Below, piece by piece: positions 25,721 to 38,680 of a stretch of 64,000 bases of DNA. Position numbers and translations under genes: made by a program. A model generated the notes under the pieces. It ran no database searches and was not told where the DNA came from. It saw only the letters and a list, made by a program, of their open reading frames with translations. Position 1 is the stretch's first letter, and the number at the start of each line of letters is the position of its first letter. Source of the stretch: Mytilus trossulus (lineage: Eukaryota); assembly GCF_036588685.1 (NCBI RefSeq), contig NC_086377.1, positions 29,326,001 to 29,390,000 of the forward strand, in the 5' to 3' direction.

Positions 25721-28700
25721 GATTTAAATGAAAATCAAATGGTCATCATTATTTCTTACATGCATTTTTACGTTCTGTGAAATATAGTTTTAAAGAGTAT
25801 AAGTTCCTAATGTTTGATCAGGTTTGTTGCTAAGTCACAAACAGGTTTTTGCATGTATTACCTTACAGCAATTTAAAGACATACATATATTTGTTTTTTA
25901 GAGCTTCCTGAAAAATGTGTACAAAAAGAGAAAACTCATGGCAAGAAGACACAACGCACCTACGCATACAACGATAAGCAGTGTATATACATGTGAATAG
26001 CAAGGTTGAAGTGTGGCTATTGTTTTCGATATACTACTTCATTCATGAGCTAAAATTATGTGTACGAAAAACTATTGCATAAGTGCACGAATCTGATCAT
26101 GGGTCACATTATGTTACAAAATCACTGGAAAATAAAAGTCATTCAATCGCTAATATTATGGGCTATTTATTTAGCCCAATATCCAAAGTTATTGTTTCCA
26201 AAATTATAGAGCTGTGGATAATATGTTTTTTTCTGTACGCCACTTTAATTCAATGTAAAAAAAAAATCTTATGTTCATAACCGGTGTCCTTTTCTGCTAC
26301 AAAGAACCAGTACCAAGTCAAGTTGAACAGAATAATCGGTGTTCATACTATTTAAAACAACTACCTGAACACACAATTATCCAGTTTGTTATTTTTTATG
26401 CCTACAGTAAAAAATAAAAGACACAACATCTTTGGACACCGTTATGAACAGAAATTTTGTTCTCGGATCTTTCATTAAGTTTGCAGTGTGAATGAGAAAA
26501 TATTTCAGTAACTTTATAGGTGAAGCTAATGAATCAAACAATACCATATATAACAGTTTGAAGACTAAACAATACACATTCTGTGAATAAAACCATGATT
26601 GCAGAAATTATGGGTGTTCATAACAAGGACACCAAAACGTTGAATTGTGTACCAAAAGTTACTTTAAAGGTTCCCATCTAGGAGTTCCTGGAAGTTATGT
26701 TGACAAGTACCTAGTAGTTTAGGTGAAGAAGGTAATAGAAATACAAAACCATCCTTAGATTCCATTTAGCAGTAAGGGCAAAGTCTAGATAGCGATAAAA
26801 CTTGTTAAAAAATGTTTTCATTAAATACAAATAGTTTGTTTTATTTCTTTATGATATTCCTTAAAGCATCCAATATAACAATGTATTCATGACAAATTAT
26901 TTTTTATTCAAGGAATTCATATAACTGTCTAATGTTGGTGCTTTTTTCCGAGATCACTGGTTTTGGCAATGATTTAATAATGCTTGAAAAATTCTCCAAG
27001 CTGCGGTCAGTCTTTTTTGGCCATTGATACAGTCCAACAGAACATTCTTTCGTGTATGTCAACCACAATTCCTCACTGTCTTCATATACTTCCAAAATCT
27101 ATAAAAAAAAATGTATTCAAAAATTTAAAAACATGTACCATATTGGTTATATCATATGAAAGAACACAATGATAATCAACTTATAAACTGAACTTTGCAG
27201 TTAATAAGTCGAGTATATATAAATATTGATGAACATAAACCTCTGCTTTTGTAATTTGATTCATAATGTTAACGTCTAAATAAACAGTAAATGATTTTAA
27301 AATATAATATGCAAAAATCTGTAATAAGAGAAAATGTATATTGTAACTCAGAAATATTTATTTAAACATCAAAAGAAATAACGTAAAATGCAACAGAACG
27401 ATTGAATAAAAACATACCTCTGCTGTAAATTGTAACTAAAGTATACAAATTAATAAAAAAAAAGAGTATTTAAACACGAAGCTCTCAAGAGACTGTATCG
27501 CTCATCTGAAATATTGCTCATAGGCCACCCAAAAGACCAATGTGCTCTAGTATGTTACCTACTGTTGGCATTTTTGAATTGGATACAGTCCTGCTTGACC
27601 AAATCTTAAAAGGAGATTATCTTAGGACGGTCTTTATCAACATGAACAAGTTTGGTTCTAATTGGTCCAGTAGTTTTGAGGAGTAACATCATTAAATGCA
27701 TTTACCTCAAGGTCCAACTTTAAACTAGTTTCCATAATGATAGTCGATCCGACATAAACCTACCAGACAAAACTATTGATTCAAATTGACCCAGTAGTTT
27801 CAAAGGATGAGATCTTTAAATGAGAAAATTAAAACGACGGATGGATACATAGTGATTGCAAAAGGCCATCATGGTTATATCAATGACTAGAGGCGAGATA
27901 ATGAGAACAGAAACAAACAAAAAATTAATCAACAGAACAATTATACCTCTGCAACAAAACATTTCGTCTTTTTTCCCAAGGGAAGGGAAACAGTAACATA
28001 ATCTCCAACTTTGAACCTTAAATTATCAGTCAATTATTGTAATATATCAAGAAAAATGAAAGTTATGGCATTAAGGTAATTGTAAAAATGATAAAAAACA
28101 ATCTTCTCAATTGATTCTACTTTTACAGTTTGGATTATTTCATACAGTTGAAAATATGCATCAAGTATGAAAGACATAGTCACCTTGGTTCAGGTTTCTT
28201 CTGTGGACTCTCTGGAAGGAGCTCCAGAATATGTTGGACTGTGGCGGTTGATACTGGGCTATAACTGTCACTTGTATTTATTAACTCGCCATCTGTAAAA
28301 AAATATGACATACAAATTTTATTCTAGTTAAAAGTTTAGTACCCTTTGAAAATACCCTTTTTATGTAAGTGTTCCAGTCTGTACAGTCAGATCACTGACA
28401 TAGAAAGGATACTGAAGAAATTGATTTTGACTATTGAATCTACCATGACTAAATTAGGTTTTTTTTTAAACTAAACTAAACTTCTTTTTTCTCTCTTTAC
28501 ATAAGGTTATTATTAGGGCATTCCGTATTTTGCTTTCTGCCTCAGTGATGATACAATTTGTAATCATGCTCATCTTGTGGATCAAATATTATAATAATTA
28601 ATAATAATAATAAATTCTTTATGTTCTTTTGAAGCAATACATATGAAAAAAACTTCACCTTGTAGAAACATATCAGTGTCCCAAAGTCCTGTAGAAGGGA

Positions 28701-29264
28701 ACAACAGATTCTCTAGGTAGAATGGATCTGTATCGGCTTTATCTGAAAAGAATAAATTTGAATTAAGATTGTTTTGTACTAGTTCAACGAGTCCAGTGAT
28801 AAATGTAATCATGCCAAATAACTCTAGTGAAGTTTTATATATTAAACTAATTATCAATGACCTGGCCATATCTATAGGCAATTAGAAAGTTGATATGGGT
28901 CTCTAAAATACAGACATGGTACTAATTCAAAATGAAAGGACAAGGGATAAATAGGCATATTCCTGACTTGGTACAGGACATTATTCAAAACAAATAATGG
29001 TGTGTTAAACTTGTTTTAAGGCATGCCAAACCTCCCGCTTGTGTGGCACAGCCATTAAATCTAAGTAAAATAGAGTAATAGCAGGACAACCATGCCTTCA
29101 TTGTCCTTCATCTAAAAGTCACAGTCAAATATTTTTTTTAAATACGAAACAACTTACATACTGAGTACTAAATACACCCTCCCTCGTTTTGCTATCAAAG
29201 GGGGAGAGATAAAATATCGACAACATTTTGATTCATAAATTGCTACTGACCTATATCTGGATAT

Positions 29265-29622
29265 GGTTGACCTTCATCATGTACTGGTTGTTCCTCTTGT
29301 TCCTCTGGTACTGGTTGTTCTTCCTGACCTTCATCATGTACTGGTTGTTCCTCTTGTTCCTCTGGTACTGGTTGTTCCTCCTGACCTTCATCATGGACTG
29401 GTTGTTCCTCTTGTTCCTCTGGTACTGGTTGTTCCTCCTGACCTTCATCATGGACTGGTTGTTCCTCTTGTTCCTCTGGTACTGGTTGTTCCTCCTGACC
29501 TTCATCATGTACTGGTTGTTCCTCTGGTACTGGTTGTTTCTCCTGACCTTCATCATGTACTGGTTGTCCCTCTTGTTCCTCTGGTACTGGTTGTTCCTCC
29601 TGACCTTCATCTGGTACTGGCT
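29265..29622. repeat. 57-bp coding minisatellite (EEQPVHDEGQEEQPVPEEQ)
   Basis: Direct tandem units inside the transposase exon. Confidence 0.95.
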
Positions 29623-32519
29623 GAGGTCTATTTCTAGGTATAGTCTGCTTACGTCTGTTTTCTGCAAGCGGTGCTAACCTAGCTACTGACCAATTGCCGG
29701 TTATCTCTGCATTTGTACAAGGCTCCTGGACAATACCCATGCAGCTCTCACAGAAGCAACTTCTTTCTCTTGTACTGATAACATGGGGTTGCACAGACCG
29801 TATGCAATGGAATTTTCTGGTGTCTTTCAAGGGCCTTACTTCTGTTCTTTCTGGAAAATTTCTTTTTACATTTTTTTTTTCAACAAAAACAAACCTCCTT
29901 CGTGTATGTGAGTGTTCCTCTGGCTTTCTAGGCAGAATCAGTTTACTGTTACAGTAATTGAAAAACTCTCTAGGGGACAGGATGCATTCACTACCTGCTG
30001 CTACTGCTGCTTTTGCAGTTTTTTTTAAAACACCAATTTCACGGTCACATGGGCCCTTACCATGTCGTGAGCCGAAGAAGTGTTTCTCTGTAGCTATACC
30101 AAAGTCCTCATTTGAAAAGGAACAATGTGTAAAGCTTATTTTGTTCTTGTACTGTGTTGGGGCGCCGTCTGAGAACTGTATGACCGTTTGCAAAGTGCCA
30201 TTGCATTCTTCTTGGAGCTTTTCGATGGAAAGGCCAACAAAATGTTGGACACCATGATGATCATGTGTCAAGTCATCCGAGATATAGATGATGGAATCAG
30301 TAATCACTGGAACTGGGTCTTGTTCAAATTCATTGCAAATATAGTTTGCAACAATTGGGTGGATGGTGCAATGAATATTTAAAAACATGTACCATATTGG
30401 TTATATCATATGAAAGAACACAATGATAATCAACTTATAAACTGAACTTTGCAGTTAATAAGTCGAGTATATATAAATATTGATGAACATAAACCTCTGC
30501 TTTTGTAATTTGATTCATAATGTTAACGTCTAAATAAACAGTAAATGATTTTAAAATATAATATGCAAAAATCTGTAATAAGAGAAAATGTATATTGTAA
30601 CTCAGAAATATTTATTTAAACATCAAAAGAAATAACGTAAAATGCAACAGAACGATTGAATAAAAACATACCTCTGCTGTAAATTGTAACTAAAGTATAC
30701 AAATTAATAAAAAAAAAAGAGTATTTAAACACGAAGCTCTCAAGAGACTGTATCGCTCATCTGAAATATTGCTCATAGGCCACCCAAAAGACCAATGTGC
30801 TCTAGTATGTTACCTACTGTTGGCATTTTTGAATTGGATACAGTCCTGCTTGACCAAATCTTAAAAGGAGATTATCTTAGGACGGTCTTTATCAACATGA
30901 ACAAGTTTGGTTCTAATTGGTCCAGTAGTTTTGAGGAGTAACATCATTAAATGCATTTACCTCAAGGTCCAACTTTAAACTAGTTTCCATAATGATAGTC
31001 GATCCGACATAAACCTACCAGACAAAACTATTGATTCAAATTGACCCAGTAGTTTCAAAGGATGAGATCTTTAAATGAGAAAATTAAAACGACGGATGGA
31101 TACATAGTGATTGCAAAAGGCCATCATGGTTATATCAATGACTAGAGGCGAGATAATGAGAACAGAAACAAACAAAAAATTAATCAACAGAACAATTATA
31201 CCTCTGCAACAAAACATTTCTTCTTTTTTCCCAAGGGAAGGGAAACAGTAACATAATCTCCAACTTTGAACCTTAAATTATCAGTCAATTATTGTAATAT
31301 ATCAAGAAAAATGAAAGTTATGGCATTAAGGTAATTGTAAAAATGATAAAAAACAATCTTCTCAATTGATTCTACTTTTACAGTTTGGATTATTTCATAC
31401 AGTTGAAAATATGCATCAAGTATGAAAGACATAGTCACCTTGGTTCAGGTTTCTTCTGTGGACTCTCTGGAAGGAGCTCCAGAATATGTTGGACTGTGGC
31501 GGTTGATACTGGGCTATAACTGTCACTTGTATTTATTAACTCGCCATCTGTAAAAAAATATGACATACAAATTTTATTCTAGTTAAAAGTTTAGTACCCT
31601 TTGAAAATACCCTTTTTATGTAAGTGTTCCAGTCTGTACAGTCAGATCACTGACATAGAAAGGATACTGAAGAAATTGATTTTGACTATTGAATCTACCA
31701 TGACTAAATTAGGTTTTTTTTTAAACTAAACTAAACTTCTTTTTTCTCTCTTTACATAAGGTTATTATTAGGGCATTCCGTATTTTGCTTTCTGCCTCAG
31801 TGATGATACAATTTGTAATCATGCTCATCTTGTGGATCAAATATTATAATAATTAATAATAATAATAAATTCTTTATGTTCTTTTGAAGCAATACATATG
31901 AAAAAAACTTCACCTTGTAGAAACATATCAGTGTCCCAAAGTCCTGTAGAAGGGAACAACAGATTCTCTAGGTAGAATGGATCTGTATCGGCTTTATCTG
32001 AAAAGAATAAATTTGAATTAAGATTGTTTTGTACTAGTTCAACGAGTCCAGTGATAAATGTAATCATGCCAAATAACTCTAGTGAAGTTTTATATATTAA
32101 ACTAATTATCAATGACCTGGCCATATCTATAGGCAATTAGAAAGTTGATATGGGTCTCTAAAATACAGACATGGTACTAATTCAAAATGAAAGGACAAGG
32201 GATAAATAGGCATATTCCTGACTTGGTACAGGACATTATTCAAAACAAATAATGGTGTGTTAAACTTGTTTTAAGGCATGCCAAACCTCCCGCTTGTGTG
32301 GCACAGCCATTAAATCTAAGTAAAATAGAGTAATAGCAGGACAACCATGCCTTCATTGTCCTTCATCTAAAAGTCACAGTCAAATATTTTTTTTAAATAC
32401 GAAACAACTTACATACTGAGTACTAAATACACCCTCCCTCGTTTTGCTATCAAAGGGGGAGAGATAAAATATCGACAACATTTTGATTCATAAATTGCTA
32501 CTGACCTATATCTGGATAT

Positions 32520-32934
32520 GGTTGACCTTCATCATGTACTGGTTGTTCCTCTTGTTCCTCTGGTACTGGTTGTTCTTCCTGACCTTCATCATGTACTGGT
32601 TGTTCCTCTTGTTCCTCTGGTACTGGTTGTTCCTCCTGACCTTCATCATGGACTGGTTGTTCCTCTTGTTCCTCTGGTACTGGTTGTTCCTCCTGACCTT
32701 CATCATGGACTGGTTGTTCCTCTTGTTCCTCTGGTACTGGTTGTTCCTCCTGACCTTCATCATGGACTGGTTGTTCCTCTTGTTCCTCTGGTACTGGTTG
32801 TTCCTCCTGACCTTCATCATGTACTGGTTGTTCCTCTGGTACTGGTTGTTTCTCCTGACCTTCATCATGTACTGGTTGTCCCTCTTGTTCCTCTGGTACT
32901 GGTTGTTCCTCCTGACCTTCATCTGGTACTGGCT
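32520..32934. repeat. 57-bp coding minisatellite, one unit longer than the 29265 copy
   Basis: Direct tandem units; ORF translations differ by 19 aa. Confidence 0.95.
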
Positions 32935-35900
32935 GAGGTCTATTTCTAGGTATAGTCTGCTTACGTCTGTTTTCTGCAAGCGGTGCTAACCTAGCTACTG
33001 ACCAATTGCCGGTTATCTCTGCATTTGTACAAGGCTCCTGGACAATACCCATGCAGCTCTCACAGAAGCAACTTCTTTCTCTTGTACTGATAACATGGGG
33101 TTGCACAGACCGTATGCAATGGAATTTTCTGGTGTCTTTCAAGGGCCTTACTTCTGTTCTTTCTGGAAAATTTCTTTTTACATTTTTTTTTTCAACAAAA
33201 ACAAACCTCCTTCGTGTATGTGAGTGTTCCTCTGGCTTTCTAGGCAGAATCAGTTTACTGTTACAGTAATTGAAAAACTCTCTAGGGGACAGGATGCATT
33301 CACTACCTGCTGCTACTGCTGCTTTTGCAGTTTTTTTTAAAACACCAATTTCACGGTCACATGGGCCCTTACCATGTCGTGAGCCGAAGAAGTGTTTCTC
33401 TGTAGCTATACCAAAGTCCTCATTTGAAAAGGAACAATGTGTAAAGCTTATTTTGTTCTTGTACTGTGTTGGGGCGCCGTCTGAGAACTGTATGACCGTT
33501 TGCAAAGTGCCATTGCATTCTTCTTGGAGCTTTTCGATGGAAAGGCCAACAAAATGTTGGACACCATGATGATCATGTGTCAAGTCATCCGAGATATAGA
33601 TGATGGAATCAGTAATCACTGGAACTGGGTCTTGTTCACATTCATTGCAAATATAGTTTGCAACAATTGGGTGGATGGTGCAATGAATATTGCTCCAATG
33701 AAATCCCTGCGGAGCATCTTGAGCCTTACAGGTGAAATTTTCGGCATAATCCATACAGCAAACAGCAGTTTTTACTGGGATTTCTCTGACTAACTGTTTA
33801 TACATATCGTACTGCCATTTGGCATTAAACAAATGAACTGAAAATGTTTTCATTTTTGAAATGAATTCTTCTATCATCCCCTCCAGCACACTCTGTTTCT
33901 TTACTTTAGTCATCATTCGTGATGCGTTACCCAATGCCCGACTCTCCCACTGACACCAGGTGACCGGTGTGGTACAATATGGTTCAACAAGGACTGTTTG
34001 AAAATGCTGAAGAATGTTGCCTGTGCCACATTTTGTGCATTCCCGATCAAGACAAGGTTTTCTGTACGTGTTTCCATCAACCTTTGGGCATAAGGTTAAG
34101 CGTGATGCAGCATATCTATCAATAATAGTACATGCAGGATTTTCATGTGATGTGCAAAATGAGTTTAAGGACTTATCATTAGGTCAATGTTCAAACAGTA
34201 TTCACATATACACTCTCTAAACCTGTGATTTGTGAATGGAAGAATTTTCCTAGGCTTATGCCTAACAAATGTACCGTAACTTACTGGGTCCTGTACATCT
34301 GTTGCATACCTGTCATAGCTAGCTCTCAAAGAGGTTTCCATGATTTTTCTACCTTCATATTCTCTGTCTCTTTTCACTGGACCTCGCATATCTGGTATAT
34401 GTTTGCTATTATCTTCGTAAAAATTCTTTATCTCCTCCTGTTTTGCGTCTGTAAGAGCATCCTTACGTTTTTTTCTTTCTTCCTCCCAGCCTGTTCTATT
34501 GCAACTTTCTAATCTTTTACCAAGTTTCCGCGAGATTCCGGCTGATTTCATGAATGCTTTTCCTTTGATCTTTAATGCAAGAGCAATTACTCGTCTGGAG
34601 CGAATGTCTTTTTTGCTTCTTTTTCTTTTAAGTTTTTCTAGAGCATCTTTAACAGAACCAAAAGCATCCATTGCTAGTTTTCTTCTTGCATTCGTGCAAG
34701 GACTTGATGCACCTAATTTGTCAAGAATACATTTTTTTGTTCCTGGCGACTGTTCATTAATAGATGCCTCAATAGCTGCTGCCCTTAAACTGGGGTTATT
34801 TGGCATAGCGTTTACACATACAGATATTTTTTTCTTCTCACGGGACTTTGCTGTTCTGAATGCATTTGTTGATATTTCCTCTGCTGGTTTTGCTGGTTTT
34901 GTTTCTACAATCGAAGTTGCAGTGCTTAGGTTTTTTTTTTTTTTTTTTTTCCCTTCGTTTGGAATTTGTTGCAGTTTTCTTTTGAGTACTCATGCAAAGT
35001 CTGTGTTTTTGTCTATCTTCTCTCCATTTTCGTCGTTGCATTTCCTGGGCATGTCTTGTTTTTGGTTTTTCAGGATTGGTTTTTCCAAGATCTTTAAGTC
35101 TCTCTCTGTATTTTTGCTGTCGAGCCCTCTGCAAATCTCTGTTCCTTTGCTTTGCCTCCTCTGTCTGACCTTTTTCTCTGTATTCCTTGATACGGATCGT
35201 TTCATTATGTCTGTGCAGTTTATAAATTTCTGTGTTTCTCTTTATTCGATCTCTATATTCTTGTGCGTACTCTCTAGGTTTTTTCCTTGGAATTTTATCT
35301 TCAATGTCTTCTTTGATTGGTATTAATCTTTTTCTTTTCCCAACTGATTCCATCTGAAATGAAATTAATTATTTTATAAAGGTGTGGTGCTGAACACCAA
35401 TATACAGTATTGAACCAGTCCATGTTTTATATGTGCCTTATCATGTATCCGTGACGTAGTACACAGAACACACGATCCCGAACTCTTCACCTAACCACAT
35501 GTATTAACATTATTGTTTGCATTGATTATTCCTATTATTACTGTATTTTTTGTATATAATTGCTGTATCACCTGAATAAACCCTGGTGAGTTTCATATAT
35601 ATTGTTCTTATATTATTAATTATATGCTCGGATCACAACATTGGCGTCGTCGACAGCTCGAATCTGTTTATTTTGAAACTACCGCTCAGCACGGTACGTT
35701 TCACACCATTTGCTTTCAATTACTGCAAGTTATATAGCCTCCGCTATATTTTAAAATAAAATCTCTATCAATTTTGAAAAGTTTTATTACCTTTTTAGGC
35801 AATACTACACATTATATTCACTGTTAAAATTTAATGCTTGGCTAGTTTCTCGTTTTAGTGAGTCGCCATTTTGAATAGCCATTAGCTGTATCTTGTCCAA

Positions 35901-35944
35901 ATTGAGCAGGACGGAAGTTGGATTTCTGCGCATGCTTTGACAAA

Positions 35945-36080
35945 ACAACAGTACAGGCATCGTGGTTTACTACAAACACCGTTTGTGCACAACTACAGTA
36001 CAGGCAACGTGGTTGACGACTTACACCCTTTCGTGCACAACTACAGTACAGGCATCGTGGTTGATGACAAATACAGGCAT
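35945..36080. repeat. ~47-bp tandem repeat x3 in the LTR-element 5' leader
   Basis: acaactacagtacaggcatcgtggtt recurs. Confidence 0.8.
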
Positions 36081-36109
36081 AGACCATACAATTTAACAGA
36101 ATTTTTAAA

Positions 36110-38347
36110 ATGTCAAAACTTATTACACTAATGGATGCCACCTTGGATCAACTTCAATCAGTTGAGGGGATAGACAATGAAATGGCCATAAATATACTTG
36201 AGGTGAGAGATGCCTCACATTTCATAGACCTTAATGCAGTGTCCGGCATTACTGGTTTGCCAAAATCAACTTTAAAGAAATACTTCATTGAACCTGGTAT
36301 GTTATTCTTGTACCAGAAACTGCACAATGAGATAGCAGAAAATAGGCAGGAACTCTCTAATGTCATATCAGGACTCCATGAGGTAGAAAAGAAAGCCTCC
36401 CAAATTGACAACATGACGGAGAAGTTTGATGATTTATGTGCTCGCATGACTAAAATGGAGCAAACTCAATTAATGGGGTCAACCAATCAGTTTAAAAACC
36501 CTCTGCCATTGTTGCAGGACGATCATCATGAACAGGTTGAACAATCAGAGACGAAATTTGGTGCTTTTGGCGCGACAATTGATACTTTGATAGCCCAGAA
36601 AAACCAGCAGGCTGAGGAAAAATTTGGAACTAAACCCAAAACATTTAGTACCCCAGCTAGTTCAGCAACATATCCAGACTTTTCCAAGGTGTCACCCATT
36701 AGTAAACCAACTGGACTTTCTAGTTTAGGTGAGTCAATCACTACCAACACAAGTCTACAGGACGATATGTATGCATCTGCAGCGTCCACTCTGAAAGTAA
36801 GTACTGCAACTGAAGCGGCTTACCAAAACCATGTAAAACCCAACACTGAAATCCATGTTGAACAGGGGCCCTCGGCTCCCCCTTTTGTTACCTCTAACAT
36901 GGGGCCCGTTCAGTCAACTTTGGAAGTGAAGTCTGAACCCAGCTTCATTCAGCATGGACAATTGGACAATCAGTCTAAAGATGGACAGGGGCCTTTGGTC
37001 TCCACTTCGAATATTTCAACTCATGAAATACATAACAATGTATCGCAGGGTTACACTGGACAGGGGACTTTGGCCCCATCGTCATTTTATAACCCAATCA
37101 TAGTACAAGGTTCCGCGATACCTAACAAGCCACCATTTTGGTCTTGCAATGTTCCACCACCGGGAGTACAACAACATAATGGATCGACTTTACCGTCTAC
37201 TGCAGTTTTCAATCCAGGATCAAATAAAGACATTTCAAACATTCCTTCAATCCCAGTACATTGGAATACTCCAGTAGTTATGCCTTCCCATGTACAGTCT
37301 GTGAACAACACTTCTGATCAGACCAAAAGTGAAGCTACACAAGAAAGGCACAGAGGCAGGGGCAGAAAGCGCTGCCAGAGGGAATCCTCTTCATCAAGTG
37401 ATGAATCGATAGACAGGAAATCATCCCGTTGGAAGGAGTCCCATGCTAGAGAACGAAGCAAAAGTCCACAACTGCCGAAGATGCCAGTCTTTACTGGTTC
37501 TGGTAATCTATCTTGGGAAGCTTTTGTCTACCAGTTTGAAAGAACTGCAAATCGCCGTAACTGGGATGACGCAAAGAAAACGTGTCGTTTTCTAGATTGT
37601 TTGACTGAAGTTGCACTTGAATATGCCCGACGATCGCATATATCAAGATATGACGATTTGCGGAAATATATGAAAAGGCGATTTAGTAAGAAGGAGGAAG
37701 CTTCTGCAGCAAGGAGACAGCTACAGTACATCAGGCAGTTGGACGGAGAGACAATAGAGGAATACGCAGAGCGAGTTCATTTCTTGACAATGGATGGGTA
37801 TTACCGAAGCAACAATGACATCATTGATCAAATAGGTACTGAGGCGTTCCTGCGTGGATGTCAGGAGAAGGAGGCAGCCCGGATCGTTATAGAGAAAAAT
37901 CCAAGGACTATAAACGAATCACTGAAATGGATCAAGTCTTCATTAGCTAATCAGAAAGCCATTTATGGAGCCCGAAAGTCTTATTCTCAGTTATATAACC
38001 AACGACAAGTTACCTTTTCTGATGTTAGTAATTCTGATCATTCTTCGCAGAGGCCCTCGGCCTTGCAATACAATCAGAGGTTTGATAAAGAAGATGGATC
38101 TTTAAAATCTAATATTGAAGACTTAGTTTCTATAATTGGTCAGTTATTAAAAGATAGAAGAAGTAACATATCTACAACCCAACCATTGTCGCAATCAAAT
38201 TTCCGGAGTCCTCAGAATTCACGTTTTCCGTCACCCCAAAGAAGACCTTATGAAGAGCAGCCCAGCATATCACCATCTTTCCAGAGGACCTCGTCCTCGC
38301 ATACACCAGACGATCAATATTTAAACAAGACAGGGTCAGGTCATTAG
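36110..38347 (+). CDS. gag: Gag-like protein, 745 aa, with N-terminal helix-hairpin-helix-like motif, coiled coil and capsid domain; no zinc knuckle
   Basis: FTGSGNLSWEAFVYQFE...W; RQLDGETIEEYAERV (MHR-like); FLRG; N-terminal DATLDQLQSVEGIDNEMAINILEVR. Confidence 0.85.
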   Translation: MSKLITLMDATLDQLQSVEGIDNEMAINILEVRDASHFIDLNAVSGITGLPKSTLKKYFIEPGMLFLYQKLHNEIAENRQELSNVISGLHEVEKKASQIDNMTEKFDDLCARMTKMEQTQLMGSTNQFKNPLPLLQDDHHEQVEQSETKFGAFGATIDTLIAQKNQQAEEKFGTKPKTFSTPASSATYPDFSKVSPISKPTGLSSLGESITTNTSLQDDMYASAASTLKVSTATEAAYQNHVKPNTEIHVEQGPSAPPFVTSNMGPVQSTLEVKSEPSFIQHGQLDNQSKDGQGPLVSTSNISTHEIHNNVSQGYTGQGTLAPSSFYNPIIVQGSAIPNKPPFWSCNVPPPGVQQHNGSTLPSTAVFNPGSNKDISNIPSIPVHWNTPVVMPSHVQSVNNTSDQTKSEATQERHRGRGRKRCQRESSSSSDESIDRKSSRWKESHARERSKSPQLPKMPVFTGSGNLSWEAFVYQFERTANRRNWDDAKKTCRFLDCLTEVALEYARRSHISRYDDLRKYMKRRFSKKEEASAARRQLQYIRQLDGETIEEYAERVHFLTMDGYYRSNNDIIDQIGTEAFLRGCQEKEAARIVIEKNPRTINESLKWIKSSLANQKAIYGARKSYSQLYNQRQVTFSDVSNSDHSSQRPSALQYNQRFDKEDGSLKSNIEDLVSIIGQLLKDRRSNISTTQPLSQSNFRSPQNSRFPSPQRRPYEEQPSISPSFQRTSSSHTPDDQYLNKTGSGH

Positions 38348-38379
38348 GCTCACTTCTGACCCTCGAGAAAGAGAGCCTA
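38320..38379 (+). promoter_or_regulatory. -1 ribosomal frameshift signal (slippery T TTA AAC + H-type pseudoknot)
   Basis: Heptamer in gag frame; stem1 agggtcag/ctgaccct, stem2 taggctc/gagccta; -1 frame is open into IIDTAA. Confidence 0.8.
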
Positions 38380-38680
38380 CAAGAGCTCGTTGTTAATACT
38401 GTAGGTATATGTGGTCTGATATTTGCAGTAAATTATATACCAGTCCAGAATATAATTGACACTGCTGCTATGTCTTTACTAAGTAGATCATGTATTTTAA
38501 ACACTCCTGTAAACCGTGAACATGTACTCATTAAGGGAATCCGACCTCAACCAGTTAGTTGCAACTTTGTCACAAACACTACCATTTCAATACTACGCAT
38601 TTAGATGTGTGTATGATATATATGACCGAAACTAGACTTGATATTTTGAAAGCGTGCACTGCAGTATTGGACTTGGTGCA
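38327..38680 (+). pseudogene. Decayed retropepsin (aspartic protease)
   Basis: -1 frame VNYIPVQNIIDTAAMSLL (D at 38458), then a frameshift to DVCM...RLDILKACTAVLDL (ILGLDFL-like). Confidence 0.65.

Larger units (their letters stand above)
27123..33691. repeat. ~3.3-kb near-identical direct tandem duplication (27123-30379 and 30377-33691)
   Basis: Sequence and ORFs repeat with offset 3254-3312; junction gaatatt|taaaaacatg. Confidence 0.95.
26904..35353 (-). pseudogene. Sola2 transposase, multi-exon; main exon 35353-~32498 with frameshifts, small exons at about 32000, 31547 and 31257 (duplicated at about 28745, 28292 and 28003), last exon ~27098-26904
   Basis: CICEYC, MDYAENF..QDAPQGFHW, DDLTHD, FSDGAPTQYKNK, FFGSRHGKGPCD, SCFCESC; C-terminal FKVGDYVTV...YQWP Tudor/SH3-like tail. 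Confidence 0.85.

Noticed and set aside
29228-29677. Hydrophobic W/L/F-rich and V/L/P-rich ORFs on the + strand (also 32483-32989) and an N/Q-rich alternative frame
   Set aside because: Shadow frames of the stop-free 57-bp minisatellite; the real frame is the minus-strand transposase
34499-35326. 275-aa + strand ORF
   Set aside because: Antisense shadow of the K/R/E-rich Sola2 N-terminus
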